Shown: one piece after another, positions 13,180 through 28,355 of the stretch
Layout: each line of letters begins with the position of its first letter
How positions within the stretch are numbered: position 1 is the first letter of the stretch
NCBI GenBank assembly: GCA_964016885.1
Contig: OZ024742.1
Location: 31,558,001 to 31,622,000, forward strand
Direction: 5' to 3'
Origin: Eledone cirrhosa
Taxonomy: Eukaryota
Length of the DNA stretch: 64,000 nt
Program-made: the position numbers and the translations under genes
The notes under the pieces: generated by a model
Databases searched by the model: none
What the model was told of the DNA's origin: nothing
What the model saw: only the letters and a program-made list of their open reading frames with translations

Positions 13180-13708
13180 GGTTGTGGTGGTGGTAGTGGT
13201 TGTAATTGAGATGTTGATGTTGGTGGTGATGACGACGATGATGATGATGATGATAGTAGTGGAATGTTGTTGATGATGGCACATCATCATCATCAACACT
13301 AATGTGGTGATGATGATGATGGTGAGGGTGTGATGATGATGATGATGATGGTGAGGGCGTGATGATGATGATGGTGAGAGTGTGATGATGATGATGGTGA
13401 GAGTGTGATGATGATGATGGTGAGAGTGTGATGATGATGATGGTGAGGGTGTGATGATGATGATGATGATGGTGAGGGCGTGATGATGATGATGATGGTG
13501 AGAGTGTGATGATGATGATGGTGAGAGTGTGATGATGATGATGGTGAGAGTGTGATGATGATGATGATGATGGTGAGGGCGTGATGATGATGATGGTGAG
13601 GGTGTGATGATGATGATGGTGAGGGTGTGATGATGATAACACATATAACGATAAGATAAGAACCGAAAAGGAGGTGAATGACAGGGAAGATGACGATGGT
13701 AGTATGGA

Positions 13709-13741
<33 letters not shown>

Positions 13742-13760
13742 GTGATGGTGGTGGTGGTGA
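13180..13760. repeat. (GAT)n-based compound repeat
   Basis: gatgatgatggtgagagtgt units. Confidence 0.9.
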
Positions 13761-14419
13761 TGTGCATGTGTATCTATATGTGTGTGTGTGTGTGTGTGTG
13801 TGCATGGTCGAATTTGATGGGTGGCAAGGAGGAGGGGGGTAATTGCTCCGGGGTCCCTGCAATGGAGGGTGGGGGGCAAGCCATAGCCATTTATTTGTGC
13901 CCCCAGTTGGGGTTTTAGTTTTAAGATGGTGAGAATTTTTGAATTTAATACCTTTTTAATTCTAATTACAAGCGTCAAGCTAACTTTGATATGTAAAATT
14001 GGGGGAGTTTGCTGTATATTCTAATTTTTTGTGTATGAGGCACCCCCCAAACCTGAAGTGCCACGGGCCACCCACGGTCAGAACCCAACCCTGTGTGTGA
14101 GCCACAAAATAATTTAAAGTTCGAAAATGAAATACATGATTTAGATTATCACTGAGTGACCAGCTCTATGGACACAACCTTCACACAAGTTTCACTTCAG
14201 AACTAAGAAGTTCCGAGTTAGACCCCAGAACACACCACCTTCTTGTACAAATGTCGTCTACTTTATCACGGAGATTACCAATAACTGGCTGGAGGAATTT
14301 GGTCCACAGGAAATGTAGTTGCGTGTGGAGTATCTATTTACGTCTGCCCATGAGCATACACAACCCCCCCTCCACACACACACACTTATATATATATATA
14401 TCTCTCTATATATATATAT

Positions 14420-14558
14420 CATAGTTAATAGAGAAATGGCTGCTGCCTTTAGGTTACCGTCGATCCGTGCTGTGGGCTCATCTGGGCTCATCTGGGATAG
14501 CAGAATGTCAAGATGTTTCTTGAAAACATGCACGTCCACACCATGCAGATCTCTCGAA
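14420..14558 (-). mobile_element. CR1/L2-group LINE extreme 3' fragment
   Basis: RDLHGVDVHVFKKHLDILLSQ..PDEP...AA.SLL, typical C-terminus; 5' junction lies in (TATG)n. Confidence 0.6.
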
Positions 14559-14684
14559 TACATACATACATACATACATACATACATACATACATACATA
14601 CATGCATACATACATACATACATACATACATACATACATACATACATACATACATACATACATACATACATACATACATACATA

Positions 14685-15363
14685 GAGGAGGGCCAGCAGC
14701 TGACAATAAATGTAGGCTATGTAAAACAAAGATCGAGGATGTAAGCCACATTGTTGCCAGCTGCGAAAGAATGTCATCTCGCTACTACCTCCCCATGAGA
14801 CACGATGGGATAGCTAGAACTATCTGGAACGCACTTCGGAAAACAAAATTAACAACAAACGAGGAAGAATATATTGAGACAGATGGCACTAAGGAATACT
14901 GGTGGAACCTGAAAATAAAAACTGCCACCAAATTAAAGCACAACCGGCCTGATATTGTAGTTTGGGACCACACATTGAAAACGTGTTCTGTTGTGGAGAT
15001 CAGCTGCCCACTTGATGTAAACGTTGTCAGAAAAATACAGGAGAAGGAGGACATCTACGGACCATTGATGAGGGGCTTACAAATCCAGTATCCAAGATAC
15101 ACCTTTAGCTTCATACCCATCATTATTGGTGCTACGGGTTATATACCAACCCGCTTGGACCAAAGTATGACCGAACTTGGATTTGCGGACAAAAAGCGCA
15201 GCTCCCTAATTCATAGTCTACAAATGGCTGCGATAGCTGGCACCTTCAAAATATGCAAAACATTCTTGCGATTCAAGGGATGACAATTTCTTTTCTTTTA
15301 CAACCTTGCCACCAGGAAGGTGGCCGGTCAAAAAAATATACTCGAAATTAAGAGAAAGAGAAA
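14685..15363 (+). mobile_element. 5'-truncated R4/Dong-like non-LTR element: CCHC knuckle plus restriction-like endonuclease, inside (CATA)n
   Basis: KCRLC...SHIVASC, RHD, RPDIVVWD, VVEISCP, KEDIY, PIIIGATG; uninterrupted to stop at 15283; (CATA)n on both sides. Confidence 0.85.
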
Positions 15364-15459
15364 ACATACATACATACATACATGCATACATGCATACATA
15401 CATACATACATACATACATACATACATACATACATACATACATACATACATACATACAT

Positions 15460-15578
15460 GATGGTTGCAAACTCTGCTAAGAGTATTGTAATGGCTTGTC
15501 AGAAAATGGTGCACTTTTAGGCTACAGCCAGCCACACGAACAGATCAGGAACAAGCAATGCCTGTGCTTTGGAGGTTT
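15460..15578 (-). mobile_element. 3' fragment of another (TATG)n-tailed retroelement
   Basis: Ends actct-tagc-agagt ttgcaaccatc(ATGT)n; shares gcacaggcattgct with the 3844 family. Confidence 0.55.
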
Positions 15579-15593
15579 ATACATACATACATA

Positions 15594-16447
<854 letters not shown>

Positions 16448-16468
16448 TATATATATATATATATATAT

Positions 16469-16710
16469 TTATTTATTTATTTATTAAAATAACAGATTAA
16501 AGTTTAAGCAAAGAATCGCTACTTTCACCCTTAACGGGATCTTCTGAAACTAAAAAAGTCAATCTGTGAACGCAGAAGTAAATATTTCAAAACCGTTGCA
16601 ACCGAAGGAAGACAGGAAGACGATACTTTGGTTCGTGGAAACGTTCCCTGGCAAAACGTTCCCTTATCGAGCCCTCTTTGGATTTTAGTCTTCAAATTTA
16701 TTATTATTAC
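16469..16710. mobile_element. Family B element (HHR variant 16501-16551, minus)
   Basis: Same two ends as 15698-16447 with a shorter interior. Confidence 0.75.
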
Positions 16711-16726
16711 TATATATATATATATA

Positions 16727-17143
16727 GTATTGGCCCAGGCCATGTCTAACTTAATAGCACTACCTGGCGAAGTGTTTCAAATCACGATTTGGACACTATG
16801 GCCCACTCAAGAAGGGAGTTATTGTTTGTGGAGACATATCTGGGTGTAGGTGGTTTATCCGGGATTTCTTGAAGGAATTTGTCCAAAAACTTCTTGAACT
16901 TTATGGAGTCTGTTTCTGTTTTAATGTGTTTTGGTGTAATGTTAAAGAGAGCGGGGCCAATTAAGGTGAAATAATTGTGTCGTATTGTTGTTATGAGATG
17001 CGAGTTTGAATTTTGTTGTAGGCGGATAGCACGGGGCCCAAGCCTTGGATGTAGTTTAAAGGTGATGCCAACATCATTTGGGCAATGCTGATGGAATATT
17101 TTCCACATCATGTTGATAATGTAGCGCTCTCGGCGGCGTTGAT
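16727..17143 (-). mobile_element. CR1/L2-group LINE 3' fragment
   Basis: QRRRERY..WKI, GPALFN, FKKFLDKFLQEIPDKP, NNSLLEW. Confidence 0.8.
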
Positions 17144-17295
17144 GTATATATACATATCTACACAGATATTTATTAGAATGGTGTTGAAGTGTGTATACAT
17201 TGGGAGGGGGGGGGGGCACCGTGTATATGTGTATATAAGTTTGTCATATTGCGCGTGTGTAAATTTATCATGAAATCTCTTATCCGTTAATATAT

Positions 17296-17335
<40 letters not shown>

Positions 17336-17337
<2 letters not shown>

Positions 17338-17548
17338 TATTAGAAATGTAAGCTATCGCCGTATTTTGACTAAAAGATGAGTATTGACGTACATGTACGT
17401 CAATACTCCTCTTTTTCCATTTCTCCGAGGGTTCTTAACCCCACTATCAGGCTAAATAATTTCTTTAATTTCTTTAGTCAAAATACGGCGATAGCTTACA
17501 TTTCTAATAATTTCAAACCCACTCGCTGTTTCGAAAATATTCTTACTT

Positions 17549-17551
<3 letters not shown>
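17336..17551. mobile_element. Fold-back element of unassigned family (~40 bp inverted arms, internal hairpin, tail into (TA)n)
   Basis: attattagaaatgtaagctatcgccgtattttgactaaa and its reverse complement near 17473-17511. Confidence 0.6.
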
Positions 17552-17597
<46 letters not shown>

Positions 17598-17875
17598 TGA
17601 TACAAAAGCATGCACACCCATACATGTAATATGCTTGAGAATGTATATATATTTATATGTGTGTTTCCGCATGTGTATATCTATCTACCTATAAATGTGG
17701 TGTGTTAAACTTGGTCGTACTAAATCTAATACATCTGGTGTTTACATCTGTCAATGACCTTTTAAAAACATCATATATCTTCTAACTTGTTTAGATAGAC
17801 AGACACATACATGTGTTTGTATATGATTATATCACTGTGCATTTTCTACTCATATTATATTTATATATATATATG

Positions 17876-17907
<32 letters not shown>

Positions 17908-17962
17908 GTTAAATCTTAGACAGGAGCAAAAACAGAGAGGCAGTACAAATATATATATATAT

Positions 17963-18015
<53 letters not shown>

Positions 18016-18182
18016 GGGAAATAGGAATCCGACCACGACGTCAAGTGGTACGCGCGCTCGCTCACACACACACACGCGCGCGCGCGCGCGCACACAGACA
18101 CATATATATATTTATTTATACACAAACATATACGTAGTTTGAAAAATACAAGTGTACATAGATATGAATCCATATATATATA

Positions 18183-18309
<127 letters not shown>

Positions 18310-18817
18310 GTGTGTGTATGCGTGTGTAAATGTGTGCGTCTGGGTGTATAAACACGATTATGCTCCAGGCTATATATTTATTTCAATAAGTGTTTTTCAT
18401 ATTATTTTTATTATTTTCATATATACCACATGAACAATAAACATTCGAAATCCATCGTTATTTCGACACAATTCAGGTTCTCTTATCTGCAGGATAAAAA
18501 TAACTGTAATGGCGGTTGTATATGTCAGCCATTTTGAATATTGATGTAAATTATTACCACTATTGTGTATTTCTCTATCGTTATCACTGGATGAACCAGG
18601 AATTGCTTTCATTCGCTGTTGTTATTATTTACTTGGGTAGCTTATCTTTGTCTTATTCGTTCATTGTTCTCTATTTAAATATCTTTCCTCGCCAATCTTA
18701 TAGATTTTGTAGCGATTCTGTCTATAATATATAATTAAGTTATCATCTAATATTTCCCCTATCTTGTCTAGCATTACTTTCTGTTCTCTGTCATGCAGTG
18801 GTTCCTTCTTATAGATC

Positions 18818-18872
<55 letters not shown>

Positions 18873-18875
<3 letters not shown>

Positions 18876-19128
18876 GTAAGGGTGTTGGACTTACGATAAT
18901 AATGTTGTGGTTCGATTCCTGGACTGCGTGTTGTGTTCTTGAGCACTTCATTTCACGTTGCTCCAGTATACTAAGCTGAAAATGAGTACCAGCAATAGTT
19001 GGGGGTTTAACCCTGCGATGAACTGGCGTCCTGTCCAGGGAGGAGCCTTGTACTCTCAGTCGCTTCACGCCATTAAACCGGGATAAGCACTGACCAAATG
19101 AGCATTCTGGCTTAAGACAGATTTTAGA

Positions 19129-19130
<2 letters not shown>
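18873..19130 (+). mobile_element. tRNA-derived SINE family 2 (others at about 10853-10985 +, 19683-19850 -, 46706-47062 -, 61405-61760 +)
   Basis: B-box ggttcgattcc; shared gttgctccagt..tgagtaccagc..aaccctgcgatggactggc core. Confidence 0.8.
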
Positions 19131-19183
<53 letters not shown>

Positions 19184-20047
19184 AGGAGTTGACGGACCCA
19201 GCATATTTATCAATGCCAGGACCGGTTGTATCTCAGCGTACTCAATAGGCAACATAAGATACATTCCCAGAGTATACACATAGTTATATATATATAACAA
19301 ATTTAATATAGAAATGTCTTGTACAGGACTAGAACTGTTTTATTCGAAGGATGATTTACTACGAATGAAACAGTTCTAGTCTTGAAGAAATCATTTCTAT
19401 ATCAGAATTGCTGCATAATCTCTACTAATATATTGAGTACCTTACTTACTGTGGTTGCCCCCGATTCGACCCTCCCGTTCAAACTTTACCCTAATCTGTT
19501 GTGGATCAATACAGAAAGTAACAAATTATAAAACAATGTTTAAGTTGTATATTATTTACTACTTCAGCAGTAGTCACGTGTTTAATCAACAGAAGAACCA
19601 CGCCGCCAACTATTTTAATGTTGTTATTAGCACACCACGTGGTCGGGCGTCATCCATCTTCTTCATGTCTCACATTTGTTAAGTTAGTTAAAGTCTGTTC
19701 TAAGCCGAAGAAAGCTCATCAGGCCGGTGGTTATATCCGGTTTTCTTGGCGCTGAGCGACTGAGAATACAAGACTCTCTCTGGACAGGACGCTAGTCTAT
19801 CGCAGGATTAACTCCCCAGTTACTGCTGGTACTTATTCATCACAGCTGAGTAATAAAATAATTGTTTCTACTTTTGGCACAAGGCCAGCAATTACCCAGT
19901 ACATTACTGGTACTTTATTTTATCGACCCCGTAAGGATGAAAGGCAAAGTTGATCTCGGCGGGATTTGAACTCAGAATGGCAAGGACCGTAACTCTATGC
20001 GTCAAAGCATGGCGTCCGACCCTCTACCGATACTGCCAATCCAATGA

Positions 20048-20676
20048 AATTATTGTGTACAGTGCTCAGGTGCACTACAACTCATCAAAGGTGCATGTAT
20101 AGTACATAGAGTAATGTACAAATGTCAGGAAAATGAACAGTGTACGAGTCATGAAATACATGTGTGCGTGTGTATGGAGGGGGGACATCAGGTGTAGTGT
20201 TGGCGAATCTCAGGAAGCATGGAGGTTTTAAAGTATGCAGTGTCTCGGCAGCTAACAACTGATTCAGCTAGTTTGTTCCATGGAGGTTTTAAAGTATGCA
20301 GTGTCTCAGCAGCTAACAACTGATTCAGCTAGTTTGTTCCATGGAGGTTTTAAAGTATGCAGTGTCTCGGCAGCTAACAACTGATTCAGCTAGTTTGTTC
20401 CATGGAGGTTTTAAAGTATGCAGTGTCTCGGCAGCTAACAACTGATTCAGCTAGTTTGTTCCATGGAGGTTTTAAAGTATGCAGTGTCTCGGCAGCTAAC
20501 AACTGATTCAGCTAGTTTGTTCCATGGAGGTTTTAAAGTATGCAGTGTCTCGGCAGCTAACAACTGATTCAGCTAGTTTGTTCCATGGAGGTTTTAAAGT
20601 ATGCAGTGTCTCGGCAGCTAACAACTGATTCAGCTAGTTTGTTCCATGCGTCAGCAACTCTGAGCGTGAAAAAAAT
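20048..20676 (-). mobile_element. CR1-like 3' fragment with a 7x61-bp internal tandem amplification (20218-20648)
   Basis: FFTLRVADAWNKLAESVV..FK motif; 61-bp period. Confidence 0.75.
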
Positions 20677-21044
20677 GTGTATATATGTGCAGCGTCTTAA
20701 CTATACACGCTTCCCTAAGTACAGTGTGTGAGTGTAGATATGTGTATATTTATCAAAAGTACCTTCGAAATAACCTTTTTTTTTCTTTTGAAAGGCTGTT
20801 CCAAGCATTCATTTAAAAACGTTCTTTGTACAGAATTTTTTTTCTTTTTTAAATATGTGTTTTAAGGTATTCTGAGGCTGTCTTCTTGAAACGTTATGCT
20901 AAATATTTTTCTAATTTGTTCTAAAAATTCCCTAAAAACATTATTTACGGTGATTATCGCATCGATAAAATAAAGTACCAGTAATGCACTGAGTATTTGC
21001 TGGCCTTGTGCCAAAAGTAGAAACAATTATCGCATACAATACAG

Positions 21045-21270
21045 TTGAAGGTGTGTACGTGATCGGTGTAGACGAGGGCGCCTAAAGACAGTGAAGACGT
21101 CGAAGTGCCGCCAGCAGTTCAAGCATACAACCCCTTACATACTACAGTAGTAATTCCGATCTAAGAAGCAAATTTGATTGTCAGGTCGAGAATGAAAAGA
21201 ACCAAATAGTGGACAACCATGAGTGGCTAGAAATACCAATGACGTGTACAATTCTTGACCACTCATAGAA
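21045..21270 (+). pseudogene. Decayed piggyBac-like transposase C-terminal fragment
   Basis: DVEVPPAVQAYN ... SD ... RMKRTK*W ... VYNS, resembling P..V..YN..M..VD..D....R...KWW; several frameshifts. Confidence 0.45.
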
Positions 21271-21511
21271 TGACAACAACAGGATCTAAGCCGACAAGCA
21301 AAGGATATCCATGTAAAAGGACATAGGAAAATCTGCTTCGTAGAATCAAGACGTATCTGAGGACCTTGCGATTTTCAGAGTCAGGTTCGATCATCACATC
21401 GATCGTGCCTCGAGCTGGTCGTCTGAGAAACGATTGTAATATGTCCGATAAATTCCATTCGCCACAACACTGATTCTCTTTTTTTCTGTGACATATATAT
21501 ATATGTATATA

Positions 21512-21982
<471 letters not shown>

Positions 21983-22000
21983 TTATACAGAGTGAGTAAA

Positions 22001-22041
22001 CGTCACTAATGACGGATTAACAATCCTGAAATACATCAGTG
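22001..22041 (+). ncRNA. Degenerate hammerhead-like motif
   Basis: CTAATGA (G5A) c-ggatt/aatcc-t GAAAT-ac-ATC; stem I register is poor. Confidence 0.35.
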
Positions 22042-22192
22042 TTTGTTGTTTTCGCACGGTTACTGGAGTATCTTTGACATGATCACAACTTAAAATAGCC
22101 ACAGAGACATGTGTATGCATATTATACATGTTGTATATACTTCCTTATATACCTCTCTCTCTCTCTGTATATATATATATATATATCTGTAT

Positions 22193-22314
<122 letters not shown>

Positions 22315-22430
22315 ATATATATATATATATATATAAACTAATATATATATTAGTTTCGCAACAGAAATCTGCATTTATACGTAGATACATACATACCAAT
22401 ATACACAAACACACACACACTCGCAAATAT

Positions 22431-22473
<43 letters not shown>

Positions 22474-22635
22474 ATATATATATATGTGTGTGTGTGTGTG
22501 TGCATATATATATGTGTGTGTGTGTGTGTGTATTTATATATATATGCAATTTGTTTCGCTTCATATCTCTACGCCGATATTTGCCTTGGGCTATATCTCT
22601 ATATATACGTATGCACAGATATTTGACACACACAC

Positions 22636-22775
<140 letters not shown>

Positions 22776-22934
22776 GCCGTGTTGGCAATTTCAAGATAAC
22801 GAGATAAACATGTGAAGCATATTTTACAATGTTTACATGTTTTTTTATCACTGTTATACATATTACTGTTGTTGTTGTCGTTGTTGTTGTTTTTGCTGTT
22901 GTTGTCGTCGTTGTTATTGTCATTGATGGCGGTG

Positions 22935-23626
22935 ATTGTAACGATAGTGTTGTAACGATAGTGTTGTAACGATAGTGTTGTAACGATAGTGTTGTAACGA
23001 TAGTGTTGTAACGATAGTGTTGTAACGATAGTGTTGTAACGATAGTGTTGTAACGATAGTGTTGTAACGATAGTGTTATAACGATAGTGTTGTAACGATA
23101 GTGTTGTAACGATAGTGTTGTAACGATAGTGTTATAACGATAGTGTTGTAACGATAGTGTTATAACGATAGTGTTGTAACGATAGTGTTATAACGATAGT
23201 GTTATAACGATAGTGTTGTGACGATAGTGTTGTAACGATAGTGTTATAACGATAGTGTTGTAACGATAGTGTTATAACGATAGTGTTATAACGATAGTGT
23301 TGTAACGATAGTGTTGTAACGATAGTGTTGTAACGATAGTGTTATAACGATAGTGTTGTAACGATAGTGTTATAACGATAGTGTTGTAACGATAGTGTTA
23401 TAACGATAGTGTTATAACGATAGTGTTGTGACGATAGTGTTATAACGATAGTGTTGTAACGATAGTGTTATAACGATAGTGTTGTAACGATAGTGTTATA
23501 ACGATAGTGTTATAACGATAGTGTTGTAACGATAGTGTTGTAACGATAGTGTTATAACGATAGTGTTGTAACGATAGTGTTGTAACGATAGTGTTGTAAC
23601 GATAGTGTTGTAACGATAGTGTTGTA
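22935..23626. repeat. 14-bp minisatellite (acgatagtgttgta / acgatagtgttata), ~49 units
   Basis: Read directly. Confidence 0.95.
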
Positions 23627-23907
23627 AACAGTTCTTTAAAATATAAATGAATTTATGTTGCACTCTGGGATCACTATATAAATATGTATGTGTGTATTTG
23701 TATGACTGTGTGTGTGTATCTGTGTGTTTGTGTGTGAGTGTTTGTGTGTGTGTGAGTGTGTGTGTGTGTGAGGTGAGTGTATGTGTGTGTCTGTGTGTGG
23801 GTTTGCGTGTGTGTGAAAGAAGTGGGTTCTGCATTCCGTTATACACACAAGCACACACACATACACACACAAACACTCACACACACACAAACACACGTAT
23901 ATATATG

Positions 23908-23971
<64 letters not shown>

Positions 23972-24061
23972 CATATATGTATATATATGCATGTATGTAT
24001 GTAGGTACTTATATTTATATGTACGTATGTAGATTTAAAAGTATATATGTACATACAAACA

Positions 24062-24104
<43 letters not shown>

Positions 24105-24127
24105 CATATATATACAATATACACACA

Positions 24128-24169
<42 letters not shown>

Positions 24170-24242
24170 AATGGTTTGTAACTTTACGTTATTGGTTCAC
24201 TCGTTCCTACTCCTTATATATACATATATATGTACACACACC

Positions 24243-24273
<31 letters not shown>

Positions 24274-24302
24274 TTATATATATATATATATTCATTATTA
24301 TT

Positions 24303-24415
24303 AAAATCCCGCCGAGGTTAACTTTGCCTTTCATCCTTACGGGGTCGATAAAATATAGTACCAGTAATGTACTGGGTAATTGCTGGCCTTGTGCCTAAAG
24401 TAGAAACAATTATTA
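24303..24415 (+). mobile_element. SINE family 1, plus-strand copy (others at about 20962-21030, 28666-28826, 40102-40215, 48501-48635, 58345-58598)
   Basis: Core as above; A box tggcagtatcgg and B box in the fuller copies. Confidence 0.8.
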
Positions 24416-24504
24416 TTAAGGCTAAAAAGTGAGAGTTTCGCCTGTTTATCACAGGGTCATCAGACATGAACTAACGTTTCAATGGCAGACACAGTGTATA
24501 TATA

Positions 24505-25254
24505 TATTTTTAATTATCGTGTCTATACTCTGCCTCTCATAGGTTATAGATTTCATACACTGGTGGTTTTTCCCTGTTTTATTGATAGCGCACTATATCT
24601 CTCTCTAGTGTGTTACCTTTTCAACATCTTGTATTTTAAAGAGCTCAGGATTTCCTCTCGTTTGAGCACATTATTTACAGGGAACGGCGAGAGTCTATGA
24701 CTCCGTTAATGTATCGTGATATTTCGCTCCTTATAACAGTCTTTCCTCTCTCTCTGTTTGGTTGAGTACACTTCTCTGAGTGGTTTGGGGCTGCCCTTTC
24801 TAGCAGCTCGTCCCTCAGAGGCCACTGGTTCACTGCCCTTAAACACGCTGTGACTTCTCTCTCCTACGTGTAGCTGGACGGTCGCTTTAAAAATTCTCTT
24901 AGTGTTGTCTGAAATGTATAGCCTTACACACGCTGATGAACCTGGGTTATTTCATTTCTGTCAACAACTTACTGGCGAAACAGATCACTTTGGATTTGTA
25001 CGTGTGTTATATAGTTATAGAGGTATTTATTTACGCTTTAATTTATATTTTTAATTATCGTGTTTATAGTCTGATTTCATAGGTTATAGATTCCATACAC
25101 TGGTGGTTTTTCCATGTTTTATTGATAGCACACTATATCTCTCTCTAGTGTGTTACCTTTTCAACATATTGTATTTTAAAGAGCTCAGGATTTCCTCTCC
25201 TTTGAGCACATTATTTACAGGGAACGGCGAGAGTCTATGGCTCCGTTAATGTAT

Positions 25255-25260
<6 letters not shown>
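24505..25260 (+). mobile_element. Family F partial tandem (~540 bp unit, 1.4 copies) carrying an HHR
   Basis: Direct repeats 24505-24721 and 25046-25260; TA flanks. Confidence 0.8.
24926..25007 (+). ncRNA. Type I hammerhead ribozyme (family F)
   Basis: acacacg-CTGATGA ... GAAA-cagatc/gatttg-TA^cgtgtgt; 7 bp stem I and 7 bp stem III; stem II imperfect. Confidence 0.82.
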
Positions 25261-25327
<67 letters not shown>

Positions 25328-25422
25328 TACATACACTGTGTCTGCCATTGAAACGTTAGTTCATGTCTGATGACCCTGTGATAAACAGGCGAAACTCTCA
25401 CTTTTCAGCTTTAATAATAATG

Positions 25423-25498
<76 letters not shown>

Positions 25499-25794
25499 AG
25501 AATGTGAGTGTGTGTGTGTGTACATATATATGTATATATAATGAGTAGGAACGAGTGCTCAAGTTGGTGAACCAATAATAACGTAAAGTTACTAACCATT
25601 AAAATACACACACACACACACACACATATTTACATATACATATATACACATACGTGTGTGTGTTTGTGTAATTATATTTCATAGTTTATTTTTATTTATA
25701 CATTTATTTATCTCATTCTCAATTCGAAATGAGTTCTGGTCCGCGACGAAGGTGTTATTTCAATGAGAGATTCAATGGCATCCTTTGTCATAGG

Positions 25795-25809
25795 AGAGAG
25801 AGAGTGAGA

Positions 25810-25850
<41 letters not shown>

Positions 25851-25893
25851 AGAGAGAGAGAGAGAGTGAGAGTGAGAGAGAGAGAGAGAGAGA

Positions 25894-25938
<45 letters not shown>

Positions 25939-26049
25939 TAAGAGAGAGAGAGAGAGTGAGAGTGAGAGAGAGAGAGAGAGAGAGTAAGAGAGAGGGAGAG
26001 AGAGAGAGAGAGAGAGAGAGTAAGAGAGAGAGAGTAAGAGAGAGTGAGA

Positions 26050-26090
<41 letters not shown>

Positions 26091-26164
26091 AGAGAGAGAG
26101 AGAGAGTGAGAGTGAGAGAGAGAGAGAGGGAGAGAGAGTAAGAGGAGAGAGAGAGAGAGAGAGA

Positions 26165-26222
<58 letters not shown>

Positions 26223-26228
26223 AGAGAG
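25795..26228. repeat. (GA)n compound microsatellite
   Basis: Read directly. Confidence 0.95.
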
Positions 26229-26368
26229 ATCTGCAGGAATTTCGTTTACACAGGAGAAGATAACAAACACAAACAAAAACAAGAGCAGATAAGCAAGATA
26301 ATCTTAAGAAGCACTTAGATTTAGAGGTCTCGTTTGTTGTTTTTTTCTGTTTTGTTTGTGTGTGTCTG

Positions 26369-26431
<63 letters not shown>

Positions 26432-27089
26432 TGAGAGAGAGATTGATAGATAGACATGGATACATATGTAAGTATGTATACATGTATATACATATATGTA
26501 TGCATGTATGTGTGTATGTATGTATTATGTATAGATGTAGGTATGTGCATATGTTTGTTTATGTATGTATATATATGTAAGTATATATGTATATATATCT
26601 ATATTTATATATATATCTATGTGTGCGTGTCTTTGTGTGTGTGAGTATGTGTATGTATGTAAATGTTGATGTTATATGCCTTCATGTATGTATTAGAGTA
26701 AGAAGAGAACGGCCAGATTTTCGTAAGCAACAGATGGTTTTAAAATGGCTGATTGTCGGCCATTAGTACTACAACATATGGTGGTATATGCATTAAGTGT
26801 CAGGCGATAGGAACTTATGTGGCCAGGCAGCTGTAAAAATCCTGCTCAAGGAAAACAACAAAAATCCGTAGGGACCCTCTTCCCATCAGATTTGGCCAAT
26901 GGTTATGGTTAAGATATTATTTTCGTCTCCCCCACTCTCTCTCTCTCCCTCCCCCTCTCTCTATCTCTCTCCCTCTCTCTCTCCCCCTCTCTCTCTCTCT
27001 CTCTCTCTGTCTGTCTGTCTCTCACTCTCTCTCTATCTATCTATCTATCTATCTATCTGTATATGTATATATATATATATATATATATG

Positions 27090-27860
27090 CAATTAAGTTA
27101 AAAATGTACATCCACATATGTATACTGAAATACTAGTATGCATATGAATACACACACGTATACATATGTAGATGTACCGAGTTTTTCACTGGTCACTTTA
27201 CTGTGAGTGTCCAGCTATTCTGTATGTAAACACACAGACAAACCGGTTTTTAGAGTCATACTGGTTTTTGAGGAAACACCTTTCCTCTATTCCCCAGAAA
27301 GCCAGACAAGGAATATTGAACTAGTTTCGATGTTGTTACATCTCATCAGCAATATTTACCTATCTTCCGGCCTCTCTAGAGAATCGTAAAAGCACATATC
27401 GTTATATGCTTACGTACTCACGCTCTATGCAAATTAGTCTGCCCACTACTAATTTTCATAGAAAAAGCATATAACGATATGTGCTTTTACGATTCTCTAG
27501 AGAGGCCGGAAGATAGGTAAATATTGCTGATGAGATGTAACAACATCGAAACTAGTTAAATATTCCTTGTCTGGCTTTTTGGAGAATAGAGGAAAGGTGT
27601 TTCCTCAAAAACCAGTATGACTCTAAAAACCGGTTTGTCTGTGTGTTTACATACAGAATAGCTGGACACTCACAGTAAAGTGACCAGTGAAAAACTCGGT
27701 ACATCTACATATGTATACGTGTGTGTATTCATATGCATACTAGTATTTCAGTATACATATGTGGATATACATTTTTAACTTAATTGTTTAAGCGTCAGTC
27801 ATACAAAAGTGAGTTACAAACGAAACGAAATTTAATTTCGTTTCGTTATTTGTTTTTATA
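27090..27860. mobile_element. Family C fold-back element (arms about 27090-27411 and 27464-27786) with HHRs at 27312-27356 (-) and 27520-27564 (+)
   Basis: ~320 bp inverted repeat with TA flanks; homologous to 40799-42390; GTT cleavage triplet. Confidence 0.88.
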
Positions 27861-27866
27861 TATATA

Positions 27867-27924
<58 letters not shown>

Positions 27925-28016
27925 CGTACATACACGCATACATATATATCTAAATACACACATTTGCATACATATATACATACATATACACATACATATA
28001 GAAATATGTATGTGTG

Positions 28017-28055
<39 letters not shown>

Positions 28056-28108
28056 AAGAAGTATTTGCCGTACGGAAACCAAGAAGTCTAAGGCACAGAG
28101 TTGGTATA

Positions 28109-28283
28109 CAGGTAAAATTTCGTTATAACGAATTTCATTATAACGAATTTTTCAGTATAACGAAATTATTTTCAATCCCCGGCCACACGCTCAATGTGTT
28201 TCGGTCGATCTCTTTATAAAGAATTTTTCGTTACAACGAATTTTTTTATACTTAGTTAATTTCGTTATAACGGAGGTCGTACT
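28109..28283 (+). mobile_element. Tc1/mariner (pogo-like) MITE remnant
   Basis: TA-cag..ttcgttataacg left end, cgttataacggagg..tact right end, repeated cgttataacg motifs. Confidence 0.5.
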
Positions 28284-28320
28284 CTTTCTCTCATCCATCA
28301 ATATCACAAGAATCTCTCTC

Positions 28321-28355
<35 letters not shown>

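Larger units (their letters stand above)
24165..25607. mobile_element. Family E fold-back element (arms about 24165-24500 and 25331-25607) with partial HHR; SINE in left arm; family F element nested in the centre
   Basis: Diverged inverted arms; CTGATGA-c-cctgt/acagg-c-GAAAC at 25367-25395 and its reverse complement near 24433-24463. Confidence 0.75.
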
